From Podarcis melisellensis (taxonomy: Eukaryota): a stretch of DNA of 64,000 bases. The notes beneath the pieces were generated by a model. It was not told where the DNA came from and ran no database searches. It saw only the letters and a list, made by a program, of their open reading frames with translations. Where the stretch lies: NCBI GenBank assembly GCA_964234715.1, contig OZ174280.1; one strand, written 5' to 3'. Below, in pieces: positions 23,646-36,234 of this stretch (position 1 is its first letter; the number at the start of each line of letters is the position of its first letter). Made by a program: the position numbers and the translations under genes.

Positions 23646-26600
23646 TATTAAAAAAAAACCAACACAACGAAACACCAGACATTTTAAAGCTTCCCTTCAG
23701 ATGTTCTGCAACCAAGGGCAATGGTAATCTTATTAACCTGCTTATTGCATTTATGTACCGCCTTTTTTGCCAAGGCATCTCACCAAAAGCTTGTGAGTGT
23801 CCCTGAAGTGATCCACCCTGTTAGTAAAAATTGCTTGATGCCAGTCGCGGCTTCCTTTCCTCGGCTGAGTGGCAGCTTTGCCAGATGATTTTCAGTGGGG
23901 CCGTGGTGCAGGCTAAGTGTATGTGAGAGAAAAGATCAACTCCTTTCCTATGTACTGCAGTTTTGCTTCTGATCAGGCTCTCCCGGGGCTAGAACAAAGT
24001 ACATGAATTGCAATCATGCATTTTGTGCTTCGTCGAAGTTTGGCTAGGTTGGGTATGCATCTCCAAAAAAAGAAATGCATTATCCCATCCCAAAGACAAA
24101 AGAGGGTGCATACCTGCATATAATTTGTATAGATGCAAATATAGAAAAATTTACTACAATTTAATAGAAATGCAGGATATCTCATAGTGAAGAAGATTAG
24201 GCCCTGGTGACCTTTGTGCCTTCCCCAGTCTGCTGTCCAGGTGCTGAGTTTTGATGGGCATCTTAAAAGATCTTGCTCTCTCTAATTATGTTTATTTTTA
24301 TTTTTTTAAAATGTTTAAATTGCTTTGGAGAAGAGAAGACTTCAAACTGAATCAGGGCACATGGCCACCTTCACTTTGGCCCTTACTACAAACTAACTCT
24401 GTTGCCAAAGCGTATATTTGGCTCAAGTCCTGTGGCTTCTATGATTCCAACAAGCGTCTGCTTCTTACTTTGGCTGGAGTGTATTAATAGCAGGGAGATC
24501 TCTGTGCCCATGCTCTGTCTCTTTCCCATGCTTTGGTTTCCTGTATATAACATGAAGAAAAGGGCACAGAATATCATCTCAGAAGCACGTACATTGCATG
24601 AGAAATCTTTTAACTAATGCTTCAAAAAAAGGGGGCTTCTAAATTATTGCTGCAGGTAAGCGGCAGGAAGACGTGTGAGCAACTTGGGTGGGCTTTTTCA
24701 GCCTCACTTCAGGGGTAACTATCCACCACGGACAAGGTAATGTCAGAGGTTGTCACTATGACTCCTGAATCCCTATGCACAAGTCTTTGATGCCTGGCAT
24801 TGGAGAGGTTTGTAGCACTGCTGCCTTTAGCCACGCACTACTGGGGGGAACTTTCCCAGCTTAGCTCCTTTTGCAGCAAATGCTTCTTTTGATAAAAAGT
24901 CATGTTTATTATTTGCAAAAACAGCATTCAGGAGGGAGGGTGGAGAGCAGATCTACAAGTAATGTTGTAAACCCTGTCCTCCACACACCTTCTTTGCATC
25001 TTGGGTAGCAACAAGGGGGCCAATTAATATACCTTGTAGGACTGAATTTGGCCAGGAGGCCTCCAGTTGCCGATCCCTCTCCTTTAACATGACCGCAAGC
25101 TGTTGCTCCGCTTAGTGTAGATTTTTGTAGCAACTCCCTTTCTTTTTCCTAGGCAGCAATTTGACCCCTTCCTTTCTTGCAAAATGCCCATGCAGCTTAA
25201 CAATGTGCCTTTGGGATGGAACAGCAGGATCTCCAAGTTTCTATTAAATTATCCCCGCAAGCCAGCCTGGGGTTTTGCAGACCAGCAACAAGATGCTGCG
25301 TCTGCAGTCTGTCGGTCTGTTGCGTCACATAACCAGAAACCTTCAGAAGAGCTCCTAGAAACTCCCTTTAAGGCTTGCTTCCACTTCGGGTGCTTCCTGT
25401 TCATTTTGCGCTTCAAGGAGATTTCATAACTTTTATCTGGAGGCCTGAGCGCATGTACGCATGAGTATGTTCCAGTGATTTCATCAGGACCAAGTGATGA
25501 TACTGCATTTTCTAGATCTCAGCCAAAATTATTCATTATGTACATGTTGTGCAGCTCTGGACGTACTGCAGCCATAGAAGATACATTTGCAAGTCTCCCA
25601 GTGTTCGGGTGGAACATTTGCTCTCTTTGCCCAACGCAGGTGAGGTGTGTAGCTTCTTCAACAAAGGCATGGAACTTGCCAATCTCTGAAACAATGCAAT
25701 GAATTTTGAAAGCTCTGCTCCATAGTGTGTGCATAATGAAGCTGGGTTCCTGTGACCACTCCCAAATTGGTAATTCATCACTAACTGTAGATAGCACTGC
25801 ACTCACCCTCAGCAATGTTTGGATGATCTTATCTCAGTTTATTAAGCTCAGATGTGCACAAGATCCTTGCTTATGCAAGCAGCTTCTTTGCTCCTCCCTT
25901 TGGCAGGAGGGCAGATTAAACCTGGAAGTCTTTAATTAACCACAGTTTCCTATTTCATCCAAACAGGGATACTGTGGTTTACCAGCTTCAGAGCAAATCT
26001 GGATATTATACCACAGTGTAAAGTTATTTTAATAAAATAGCTTGATGCTCTAACCCTAGTTCTCCACTTTGAACTTTGGGAAACTATGATTAATTAGAGG
26101 CTTCCTGTATTAATTGTAAGGCACATGAAGGGTGCGGTGAAGAGGCTTCACAAACAAGCAAAAGGCTCATGCATGCTTTGACTTAATAAGCCAAGATAAG
26201 ATTGAAGCAGTTCATTGTAGTCCACAGATCACGCTGATTTACTCATATATTCTCTTAAGGGCATTGGCTATTACCTACAGTGGGTTGCACCCTGATGTAA
26301 GGTGGGTTGCACCAGTAGCATCATCACTGGGGGTTTTTGTGTGTGTGTGTATGTAAGTTTTCTTTTTAAAAGAGAAAGTTGATAAGGAGAGATCAGAGGC
26401 CAATGGGGAGAGAGCTCATTTCACTTTAACAGGCATTGAGGAAAAGGAATACCGGTAGTTGTTTGCTACAGCTTGCAATATAGTAATGAGAGAAGCTGCA
26501 ACACTCAAAATTCTCTCTTCTATGCATCAGTTAAAGGTACAAGAGCTCTGTCCTTCTTTGGATCTGATCACAAATAGAGGGGAAATTTGGACATATAAAT

Positions 26601-28654
26601 TAAAAAAACAAACGATGGTCCCAGGTTGGTCCGATGACATCTGATAGAGGATTTTGGAGTGTGACAGAAGCCTAGTGACAAAAGGTGGGATGTTGGCATG
26701 GGGATTCCCTTACCACTGCAGTATTACAATGTCTCTTGGGAATCTTGCCTAAATTGCAAACCTGTATTAAAGCATGTAATCCTAGGCACACTGATTTGGG
26801 AATATATCCTAAGTCCCCATTCAGCTGAGTGGAACTTAAAGCCCAGTATATATGCATAGGCTCAGACTAAAACACAGGACTTTAAGACCTGTGCAAACAT
26901 GTCCTTCTCGATGGGAGTCAGTGGGCAACCTCCATTCAGAAGAACCCAGCTTCTCATCATTCCTCCCTCACTTGTTGGAGTCGTCTTCTCTGGTCTGAAC
27001 ACAGCAGTAAAAGAGAGGGAAAGGGAGATGTTGACAAACTGGAAGGGATTTAAAAGAAAGCTTTGAAGATTACAGAGAGTCTTAACAGGCAAATCATATT
27101 TAAAGAGACGGCTGAAGGGAAGGGTGTACCCTCAGGAGAAACAAATGATTAGCAGAAAGCATGTTGGAATTTTCAGATATTGTAAAAAAAAGGATCCAAG
27201 AAGAAAGAGTGGGAGAACAAATGCTCTCTAGACTTGCTGTGGATGTGACAAAGAACAATGGGTGCGGATGATAGGAAATGATAATTAAGTTATCATTTAG
27301 GAAGTGGTGGAGCTGAGTCTATTTTGCGATGCCACACTATTCAGCATTCGGGGTGGGGTGGGGGGATGACTTAACCTTACTTAGAAGAAAAAGTGGGGGG
27401 AGAGTTTCAGCCCTTATGGCTACATAGCTAGGCTTGACAGTGTGTGGGCTAATGAAATCCCAGAAGCTGGAGGAGGGGGCTCAATTTCAGATTTCGTCTA
27501 CAGGTTGTGAGGCTTTGGTGCCAGGCTCAGCTGCCTGTTCCCCCACCTCCGCTTGTAGAAGCAGAATGAACTATGCAAATTAAACAAAGATATGCAAAGT
27601 GGCTTAATGTATACAGACTAATCTGAATTGTGGTTACTGTTATGGCTTATGTGGCAGTGGCAAATCAATGAATACAAAAGTATGAATGCCTGCTATCTAT
27701 GTGCAGAATCTTCTGATTCCTCCTCCTATTCCACACACTCTTGGGAAAAACCTTTTTGAGATTTGTGGTTTGCAAATTATAAGTTTGGCTTGCTTGGCAC
27801 TATACCATGAAAGTCTGTCCCCTTCTAATTTCAGCTTTTGCCCTCTTCTGCTGCCAGGCCTTGCTTTTGAACCCCATGGTCTCCTGCAGTATCTCCAAAC
27901 CACTCCTTGCCCTGGGAACCTGGAAATGAGTGTAAACCACATTAAAATAAGAAGCTGCCTAATATATCAGTCCTCTTTATTGCCAGCAACACAGGGGAAG
28001 AGGGTTTTCTTTCCAATAACACATGATTTGGAAGTGAGCATTGTGTCTTTGAAGATGTGATCTCACTGTTAAGCAGTTTCCATGATTATCAAAGCAGGCT
28101 GCATGCGTGCTTGTGGGGCATCTTTGTTCTTTTCAATCAGAGCCTGCTACATTTGCAAACCTTTTGACTAGTCAACTTTTTCACCAAAGCAGGCGGGATT
28201 TTCCAGAACTCTGGGAAATTAGACTGAGCGGTGCTAACTCAGCTTGCTGTCCAAGGTTTACACTCTTAAAATTCAGCCCCAAACCTGAATTTGTGGACAA
28301 AGTGAGGTCAGAAAAGGACAGTTTCGTTTATAAAATTATTTTTATAACCCCTTTCGTTCCTAAGAATGGCTCCCAAGAAAGGAGGTGAAGAAAATAAAAG
28401 ATTTAAAAATACTTCCTATAATATGTACGCATGTTAATATATGTGTGTTTGCACACAGAACACTTTGTCAAAAGGCAGGGACTATATATTTCTGTCCAGA
28501 AACAGTACCTGAGATTACACTATGGTGTTAAGATGAGCTTCTAATTTGTATGCTAATTTTTCATTTTGCTTTAGTGATAAGTTCCAGCCACAACCAAACT
28601 CAGGTTAGCCTCTGGGATAAAGTATAAACTGATATCAAAACTGTTAACTTCAAG

Positions 28655-28799
28655 AATCATAGAGTTTTAGAGTTGGAAGGGAATGTGAGGGTCGTCTACT
28701 CTAGTCCAACTCCCTGCAGTGCAGGAATCTTTTGCCCAACAGGGCACTCGAACCCACAACCCTGAGATTAAGAGTTCCAAGCTCTACTGACTGAGCTAG
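28655..28799 (-). mobile_element. tRNA-Lys-derived SINE with CR1-like tail
   Basis: Reverse complement reads ctagctcagtcagtagagc...ctcttaatctcagggttgtgggttcgag (tRNA-Lys CTT) followed by ...ttccaactct...ctatgatt tail. Confidence 0.8.
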
Positions 28800-28992
28800 T
28801 TCTTAAGATCTTTGATACTGTCCTAAAGAACTCCAGCCCTTGGGCTCACAAGCCCTTGTATGATTTTAGCCATTCTGGCTATAGAGAAGAGTTAAATAAA
28901 GCAAAAGAGTATAGTGTTGTGGTTTGAGTGTTGAATTATTTCCTGGAGACCAGAGTTCAAATCCCCCTCAGCTGTGAAGCTCTTTGGGTGTA

Positions 28993-29245
28993 GAGAGCCA
29001 GTGTGGTGTAGTGATTAAGAGCGGTAGTCTCGTAATCTGGGGAACCGGGTTCGCGTCTCCGCTCCTCCACATGCAGCTGCTGGGTGACCTTGGGCCAGTC
29101 ACACTTCTTTGAAGTCTCTCAGCCCCACTCACCTCACAGAGTGTTTGTTGTGGGGGAGGAAGGGAAAGGAGAATGTTAGCCGCTTTGAGACTCCTTCAGG
29201 CAGTGATAAAGCGGGATATGAAATCCAAACACTTCTTCTTCTTCT
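28993..29245 (+). mobile_element. Full-length CORE-type SINE (Squam3-like) nested in an older MIR/CORE-like SINE (~28912-29310)
   Basis: A box tggtgtagtga, B box gggttcgcgtc, CORE gtgaccttgggccagtcac, (CTT)n tail; 10-bp TSD TCTTTGGGTG (28981-90, 29246-55). Confidence 0.85.
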
Positions 29246-29419
29246 TCTTTGGGTGACCTTGGGCAAGCCAAGTCTCTCTCAGCTTGACCTACCTCACAGG
29301 GCTGTTGTGTTAAAATTGGAGTGTGGGAAGAGCCCATGTATGTTGCTTTTGCTAACTTGGAGAAAAGTTGGGACATCAATGCAATAGTAAAACAAAATAG
29401 CAAAATAAATATGTCAGCA

Positions 29420-29545
29420 CTGGATAGCTCTGTAGGTTAGAGAATGGTGATGATAATGCCAAGGTTGCAAGTTTGATCCCCATATGGGGCAGCTGCATAT
29501 TCCTGCATTGCTGGGGGTTTGACTGGATGATACAATTCTATGATT
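29420..29545 (+). mobile_element. tRNA-Ile-derived SINE with CR1-like tail
   Basis: ggttagag..tggtg.tgataa.gccaaggttgc..gtttgatcccc (tRNA-Ile-like) + ttcctgcattgc.ggggg...ttctatgatt. Confidence 0.7.
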
Positions 29546-29628
29546 TCATGTTAACATTTGTCATTAGAGTAACCAACTTCACTAACAACACAGAGAAGGT
29601 GGGAGAAGTAGATGGGGGTGCTAGCATT

Positions 29629-29816
29629 AGAATCATAGAGTTGGAAGAGACCACAAGGGCCATCGAGTCCAACCCCCTGCCAAGCAGGAAACACCATCAG
29701 AGCACTCCTGACATATGGTTGTCAAGCCTCTGCTTAAAGACCCCCAAAGAAGGAGACTCCACCACACTCCTTGGCAGCAAATTCCACTGTTGAACAGCTC
29801 TTACTGTCAGGAAGTT
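29629..29816 (-). mobile_element. CR1 LINE 3' end
   Basis: agaatcatagagttggaagagaccacaagggccatcgagtccaacccc... is the reverse complement of the CR1 3'UTR/ATTCTATG-type tail. Confidence 0.8.
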
Positions 29817-30692
29817 GCCCTGTCTCCCTCCTTGAGTTCAGGTGGGAAGCACCTGCAGTGGGGAGCCTGCTCCATTTGTTTCGTGTTCCTGTGCATTGCC
29901 CCACCCCCAACTTGTGAAGGGCAGTGGGGGGCAGAGCTAGCACACTTCTCTCAAACTTTCCCATTGTGTGCTGCTTTAACCAGGAAGATAGATGCCTCAA
30001 TAGGGCTATGAATGATGTACACATCCACATTTTGTGATGGCTTCATCCTGAGGCCAATACCTATTGTTTTGCTGATTTGAACCACAGATCTGAGGACAGG
30101 ACCGTGGCCTTGAGCTTTTGGGGGGCCTCCCTGCATAATTGCTGCATTAAAAGCTTTGACAGGTGAATTAATTAAAAAGAAAGAATACACCAGCTGAGGG
30201 TTTGGCTGTCATCTCTCATCTGCCCATGAGCACCTTCCTTGCAACACCAAAGCTGTTGCATCTCAGATAATTTTTTATTGCCAGCAGCTGAAAGGTTTGA
30301 TCTGGTTCTTGGCAATTGCCCCTTATAGGCACAAACCCCTCAACTTACCATACTTCTTTCCCTATCTCCAAAGGAATGGTTAAACACCCAGTTGCCTGTA
30401 TTAGACAACCCCAGTGATACCAGAAGCTTCTTGTATTGAAGGTTTCAAAATCATACATACCGTGATTCAGTGATATGTGTCCTATTTCTCACTACTTTCC
30501 AGCAAATCCCTACTCTTGGTTTTCTCTTTCTCCTCAGCCTTGTGTAAAAAATGCTGCCTCTTGCAGCGTCTGTCTTTGGGGAAACTTTTTCCTCCCTCCC
30601 AAAGCTTTATTAACTATGAACCCGCAAAATTTGGGATCCCTCCCATTTAGCAGACATGACATCAGGAAACCCATGACCGTTTCCTTCTGGAA

Positions 30693-31085
30693 TAGGACTG
30701 GGCGATATCTGGTTTTCAACATTGTGATATATCACCATCTAAACATTGCAATTTAGGATATATCACAATGTCTGAAATAAGGATGGAGCCATGTAGAGGC
30801 ATTGGCTGGCTTCATGGTTTTCCTGCATTGTGATTTTTGCTCTTATGATTCGCTGTCCCTGCAGGAGGCAGGGAAGAGCAGAGCTGGCAGAATTAACAGG
30901 GGCTGCAGGAATCGATAGAAGCATTGGACGTATTCACAGTTTCCTTAATTGTGATTTTTGCATAGTTCACACACACCCACATCATGATTCGCAATATATT
31001 GCCAGGTCAAAAATTGTGAAACCGATATCATGATATGGACTTCAAAACGGTTTTGGGTGATAAATCAATATTTTGGCCAGCCCTG
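30693..31085. mobile_element. Older hAT-like non-autonomous element
   Basis: TAGG.CTGGGCGATAT ... ATATTTTGGCCAGCCCTG imperfect TIR; flanks ttctggaa/ttctgggg. Confidence 0.6.
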
Positions 31086-31669
31086 TTCTGGGGCAAACAG
31101 TGGCTGGAGAGGCTGTGGTGAGGAGGGATAATGTATTTCTCAATGATGCACTCAGATGCAGAGCATAATCCTGAGCATCTTGACTGAGAAATGAGCCCCA
31201 GCAAGCTCAGTGGGCTTCATAGCAAGTCCGGTTAATAGTGCAGCTCTAGAAGGCAACCTTAAGCATTCTTACTTAGAAGTCAGTCCCACTGCTTTCAGTG
31301 TTGCATAGGATAACACCGTTAAACTCTTCCTGGTCATGCTCTCGCTGAATCTCTTCCCTGCTGCTCCTTATTTCTGTCTGGATGCTTCTGCTGCCCCCTT
31401 TGTGCAGCTCTGCCTGCTGCCTCTGCTGCTCATCTTGCAAGTTGGTGGAGCATTTGGTGGACTGGCCCTCTGGAGACGGGCCGGCTTCAAATCCCTGCTG
31501 AGCCATGAAATGCATTGATTGGCCTTTGGGAACTTATCCTCTTAGTCTCTTAGTTCCCAGTATGTGAAATGGGAATATTAATGATCCATCCCATGGGGTT
31601 CTGGTGATTATGAATAAAGATAAGGTTTTAAAGCACTTTGCACTTCAGCAGTTTTTTATGAGTTACCTA

Positions 31670-32016
31670 CATAGGCGCCGACTCCATGGGGCTTGAGGGG
31701 GCCCGAGCCCCCTCAAAAATTCGTTTGGGGGGGCTCCGCCCCCCAATAATCTCCGGCGCCCCTCCAGCAGAGCGCCATCGCCGCCCCTTCCCCCAGCCCA
31801 AAATGCACAGGGAGGGGCGGGCTGCATGCCTCCTGCCCTCCCTCCCGAGCAAAAGCTCCACCCAATTTCCTTTGGAGCTGATTAATAGGCGCAGCACGCT
31901 CTCCCCTATTCGCTCACGAGGAGGCGGCGCCACTTTATTTGCATATTCATGAGCTTATTTATTATTCATGAGCTTTCCCAGGCCCCCCCAATATTTTTTA
32001 TAAGTCCGCGTCCCTG
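31670..32016. mobile_element. GC-rich non-autonomous hAT-like element (347 bp)
   Basis: Perfect 8-bp TSD GTTACCTA (31662-69, 32017-24); imperfect TIR CATAGGCGCCGACT/AGTCCGCGTCCCTG; CpG-rich. Confidence 0.85.
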
Positions 32017-32227
32017 GTTACCTAGCAAGGGTCTGTCCGTAGGCAGCCTGTGAGCATCAACGCACATCCTTCCGGAGGGCCCTGCACTGCATTCCTCAAT
32101 GTTGGTTGGCCTGGAGCTGCTTTGATCTGTTTCCCTTCCTGACCACGAGAAGGTTGGGGCCTGCGTGGTGAAGCTCCTGTATATTTGTGTTGAAGCTACT
32201 GATGGCTGCTCTCTGCTTCTGCCGCAG

Positions 32228-32450
32228 GGGAGAACTGCGAGGTGAACTCCCGTCTGGGTCGCTGCACCCCGGGGGTCTGCAAGAACGGCGGCACCTGCGT
32301 CAATCTCCTGGTGGGCGGGTTCAAGTGTGACTGCCTGTCAGGAGACTATGAGAAGCCCTACTGCCAGATGAGCACCCGCAGCTTCCCAGCCCACTCCTTC
32401 CTCACCTTCAAGGGACTGCGACAGCGATTCCATTTCACCATCGCCCTCAC
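32228..32450 (+). CDS. CELSR2: CELSR2 exon 3 (EGF3, start of laminin-G 1); 223 nt
   Basis: cgcAG acceptor; ENCEVNSRLGRCTPGVCKNGGTCVNLLVGGFKCDC...RSFPAHSFLTFKGLRQRFHFTIAL; donor GTAAGT at 32451. GRCTPGVCKNGGTCVNLLVGGFKCDC and SFPAHSF match recalled CELSR2. Confidence 0.96.
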
Positions 32451-32858
32451 GTAAGTAGCACTTGGCTTTGGGGCCGGGGGGGGGGGGTGGAGTCCAGGGC
32501 AGAGGCTGCCATGTCCCCAAACATCATTTTGCTCTTTGTAGCATTCTGGATTAGGAGGCATTGGGACACCTCTGCTGCATTTATTATTACCATTTCTATT
32601 TTCTTAAAAAATCTATTTTATTTTGACATTTAGAAACCTACACATGTCATATAGCGTAGGCATAACTACACAGGGAGTAACTTGACTCACATCACCTACT
32701 GAGTGAGATCGTGGCAGAGGCAAGATTCAAATGGGATTTCCTGATTTGCATCCCTGTTTGCCACTATTCTATGCAAGTTTTCTTTTTCTTCTTCTTTAAA
32801 AAAGCAAAACTAAAATAAATGTATTCAGGAAAATCCCAGGGAAGAAGACTGGGGGCTC

Positions 32859-33161
32859 ATCTACACTTTTACTTGACCTGTATTTTGATTGAACCATGTA
32901 CCGATTAATTCCTCCGGGTCTGAGAGCTTTTATTGTTGTTCTGTGGCTGCGCCTTGCAAAAATCCTGTCCTGCCCCCTGAATCAGCTCTTATCAGATGCA
33001 CAGAAAATCTGAAGAGAGATTTTGCTTAACTGAGCTTCAGTTCAGTGGGTAAGATTAGATTTTTGCAAGGAATATCACAGAACAAAGAAAAAAGCTTGCA
33101 GACCTGGGGAACAAATCAGTACACAGTGTGATCAAAATACAGATAAAGTGAAAGTGTGGAT
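32859..33161. mobile_element. ~300-bp imperfect palindrome (PIF/Harbinger-like MITE)
   Basis: atctacacttttacttgacctgtattttgat pairs with atcaaaatacagataaagtgaaagtgtggat; further arms ccttgcaaaaatc/gatttttgcaagg. Confidence 0.7.
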
Positions 33162-34885
33162 ACTCGCTCTGTGTGTACATTAGCAGCTTAAAACACTGCA
33201 AGCTTGTTCACCACCGCGCTGCATTTGAAATCTCATTTTGACATCATTGTACATAGCAAAATGGCTGGATGTGTCCCCAAGTCTGCAGCTGTTTGTCCAC
33301 GCCAGTGGGAAGAGGAGGCATGGATGTCTTCATATGGCTTATGTTTTCAAATGGGATTGGAGCTGGTTGTTGGATTGATTATTGATTATTGAATTTCTAT
33401 ACCGCTTAGAATATAAGAAATACCTCTAATCAGTGTACAAAAAAACCCCTGAAACAGACAACTTAAACAAAATATTTAAAAAATGCAGAGTTACATATAA
33501 AAGGGTTACATTAATACAAAGTTACTAATATATAAAAATCAATAACAATTCATTTCCTGTCTGATGTACCCTTCCTTCTCCGCCTCCGGGTTCTCACCCA
33601 GGGTCCAAGCAAACTTCCAGGTCACCCACAGGAGTCCCACGATCGGAAGAGCCCCTGGACATCAACCCAGCCCCCCACCCTAGGCGCGCCCATCAGGGGC
33701 AGGTCCAAAATGGATGACATTTCCTCAGGCTGCCCACAACTGCGTCCCACCCAGCCACAACCTCCATACCCATCTCCAGGCACAATAGGTTTGTTGTTGA
33801 GTTTCCCAGGGGTCCCAAAGGATGGGGAAAGGGGTCCTTCTTCACCCTCTGCCCTCTCCTCCTCCTCCAGCTCCAGAGTATAGGTGGTTTAGGGCAAAAT
33901 GCATCAAACAGCAGCATTTCTCAAGAAACTACAGGATAGGTCTGGAATATGTCTGACACTGCTTCACAAACCAGTGGTAGGAGTGCACTAGATTCAGAGT
34001 AAAGGGGAGTGTGTGTGCACAGCCTAAGAGTAAGAAGACCCACTGCCACTGCCAGGTATCTTCAGAGCTCCTAATCATTGTAGAAAGAGGATTCCTTCCT
34101 CTTGGGTGTGCATGCAAACAGTTTTCCTTTTCTGGGAAATTGACAATTTAAAAGGCTCCCACCCTACCTGTAATTCATATTTCTCTGCTGAAGCTGAAAA
34201 GTACCTTTAATGAATATTTATCTGCTGAAGCTGGAAAGTAATCTCAAGAGTCTGTTTTCTGGCGACAAGTCAGACAAAATCTGACAAGGCAAGCCATCCA
34301 TCACCAAGTCTGAATTCTGCCAAACAGTTCTTTGAATAAACAGCCTGTGGTGAAACAGGTTGTATGTTTCAGTTTTGGCCGGTGAGGGCAATTCCAGTCA
34401 GGTTCAAATTTCAAGTTGCTAGGTCTCAATGAGAAAAACATTCCCACTCCTTCTATCACCTGGCAACTAAAAATACCAGTATTCTCACTGCTGCCAGCAT
34501 GGAACAATTAACCTGCTCTCTATGGAGACAGCAGAGTCTCCTCTGGCCCCAGGCTTCTCCCTCAGAAAAAAAACTTCCCCATTTGATTATGAACCAGATG
34601 TTCTGACTCCTCTAAGCTGAAAATAATAACACAGAAGGTTTTTCCCTCCATCCTTTTTACTGTACAGCAGTGTGGTATGTGGGTATTACTGAATGAAGAA
34701 AAATTAAATCGCACAAGCTGGATTCTTCTTTAAAAAGAATAATTGATGCTTCCTAATCTAGAAGAAACAAGCAGGCAAGAGTTCTCTTTTGCATGCCATG
34801 AACAAGGATGGAAAAGGAGATTTTTCAACAATGCTCCATCTGTCCCTTTGCTATATGTATCCCAGATCATGGGGAGGACAGGCTT

Positions 34886-35024
34886 TCATAGAATTGTAAA
34901 GTTGGAAGTGACCATGAGTTGGTCATCTAGTCCAACGCTCTGCAGTGCTCAGTAATCTTTTGCCCAATGTTGGACATAAACTCACAGTCTTGAGTCTCAT
35001 GCTTTACCAACTGAACTATCCCAG
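34886..35024 (-). mobile_element. tRNA-Lys-derived SINE with CR1-like tail (degenerate)
   Basis: Same architecture as 28655-28799 and 44482-44626. Confidence 0.65.
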
Positions 35025-35074
35025 CTTTGGGTTAAGGTAAAGAGCCATGTAATCAGGCAAGCCATCATGAACCT

Positions 35075-35169
35075 TAGTCCAACCCCCTGCAATGCAGGGA
35101 TATGCAGCTGTTCCGAACCTGCAACCTTGGCGTGGTCAGCACCACATGCTAACCAACTGAGCTATCCAG
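35075..35169 (-). mobile_element. tRNA-Ile-derived SINE with CR1-like tail
   Basis: Reverse complement ctggatagctcagttggttagcatgtggtgctgaccacgccaaggttgcaggttcg + cagctgcatatccctgcattgcagggggttggacta. Confidence 0.75.
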
Positions 35170-35327
35170 CTCTTCCTTAAAGTTGCAGTCAGAGCCCTTA
35201 TGAAGGCATCTCTTGGACAGAGGCTGAAGGGGCTGAAGAGAGGCCTCCTTGTGCACCTCCATGCTCTTGCTTCTCTTCAGCGTCTCAGGAGGTGACGTGG
35301 GTAGAGCCAGAAGCAAGGAAGGCAAAT

Positions 35328-35338
35328 GATAGATAGAT

Positions 35339-35382
<44 letters not shown>

Positions 35383-35383
35383 T
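35328..35383. repeat. (GATA)n microsatellite
   Basis: Visible tetranucleotide run. Confidence 0.95.
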
Positions 35384-35694
35384 CTTACCCACCTATATAC
35401 TTCCACCTCCTATCTTTTTGAAAACCCAAGGATTTGGGTGAGGTAGCCATTGCTTATGTGACTTCTGTTGTGTAAGCAGAGAAGGATAGTAACCAAGGCT
35501 ATTATTATTTGAAGAGGTACACTGCTTGTGTTCATACGATGTGTTGACCTCACTGAAACTGACCTTGGAATGTGCTTTCAGATAAGCTAGCTCCAGAGTG
35601 TAGACAGAATGCAAATCCAAAGCTTGTGAGCAACAATATGAAAGTGTCTCACATTTGTTTATGGGGTGTGACATTAAATTCCACCCAATAAGTA

Positions 35695-35909
35695 CAGTGG
35701 TACCTCGGCTTAAGAACTTAATTCGTTCCGGAGGTCCGTTCTTAACCTGAAACTGATCTTAACCTGAGGTACCACTTTAGCTAATGGGGCCTCCCGCTGC
35801 CGCTGTGTGATATCTGTTCTCATCCTGAAGCAAAGTTCTTAACCCGAGATACTATTTCTGGGTTAGCGGAGTCTGTAACCTGAAGCGTCTGTAACCTAAG
35901 GTACCACTG
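35695..35909. mobile_element. Tc1/mariner-pogo (Tigger-like) MITE
   Basis: TA|CAGTGGTACCT ... AGGTACCACTG|TA. Confidence 0.88.
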
Positions 35910-36083
35910 TAATTAAAATCAACAAAGGACTCATCTTTGCAGTGCTTATTCTCCAACTCTTCACCTTGCTCAGAAATTTTAATAATGGTTTACTCTTAAC
36001 TTTAATTTTTTGTCCTAAACATACACCTTCCCCACTATTCTGATTCTTTGCAACATTGGATGCCAGCCTTGTTCTGTTGCATC

Positions 36084-36234
36084 CAGTGTTTTTTTTTCTG
36101 GGGGGGACACAGGGGGACGCATACCCCTAAACATTTTGTGGGTCTAAGATTGTCTTCATTGAGGGGCAGTATTTCAATATGAGTAGGAAAATGAGAGCAC
36201 CCCTAAACATTTTTTTTAGGGGGGGAAAGCACTG
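36084..36234. mobile_element. hAT-type MITE (family of 13315-13478)
   Basis: CAGTGTTTTTT...AAAGCACTG; internal cccctaaacatttt repeats; flanks gttgcatc/gttaaatc. Confidence 0.75.
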
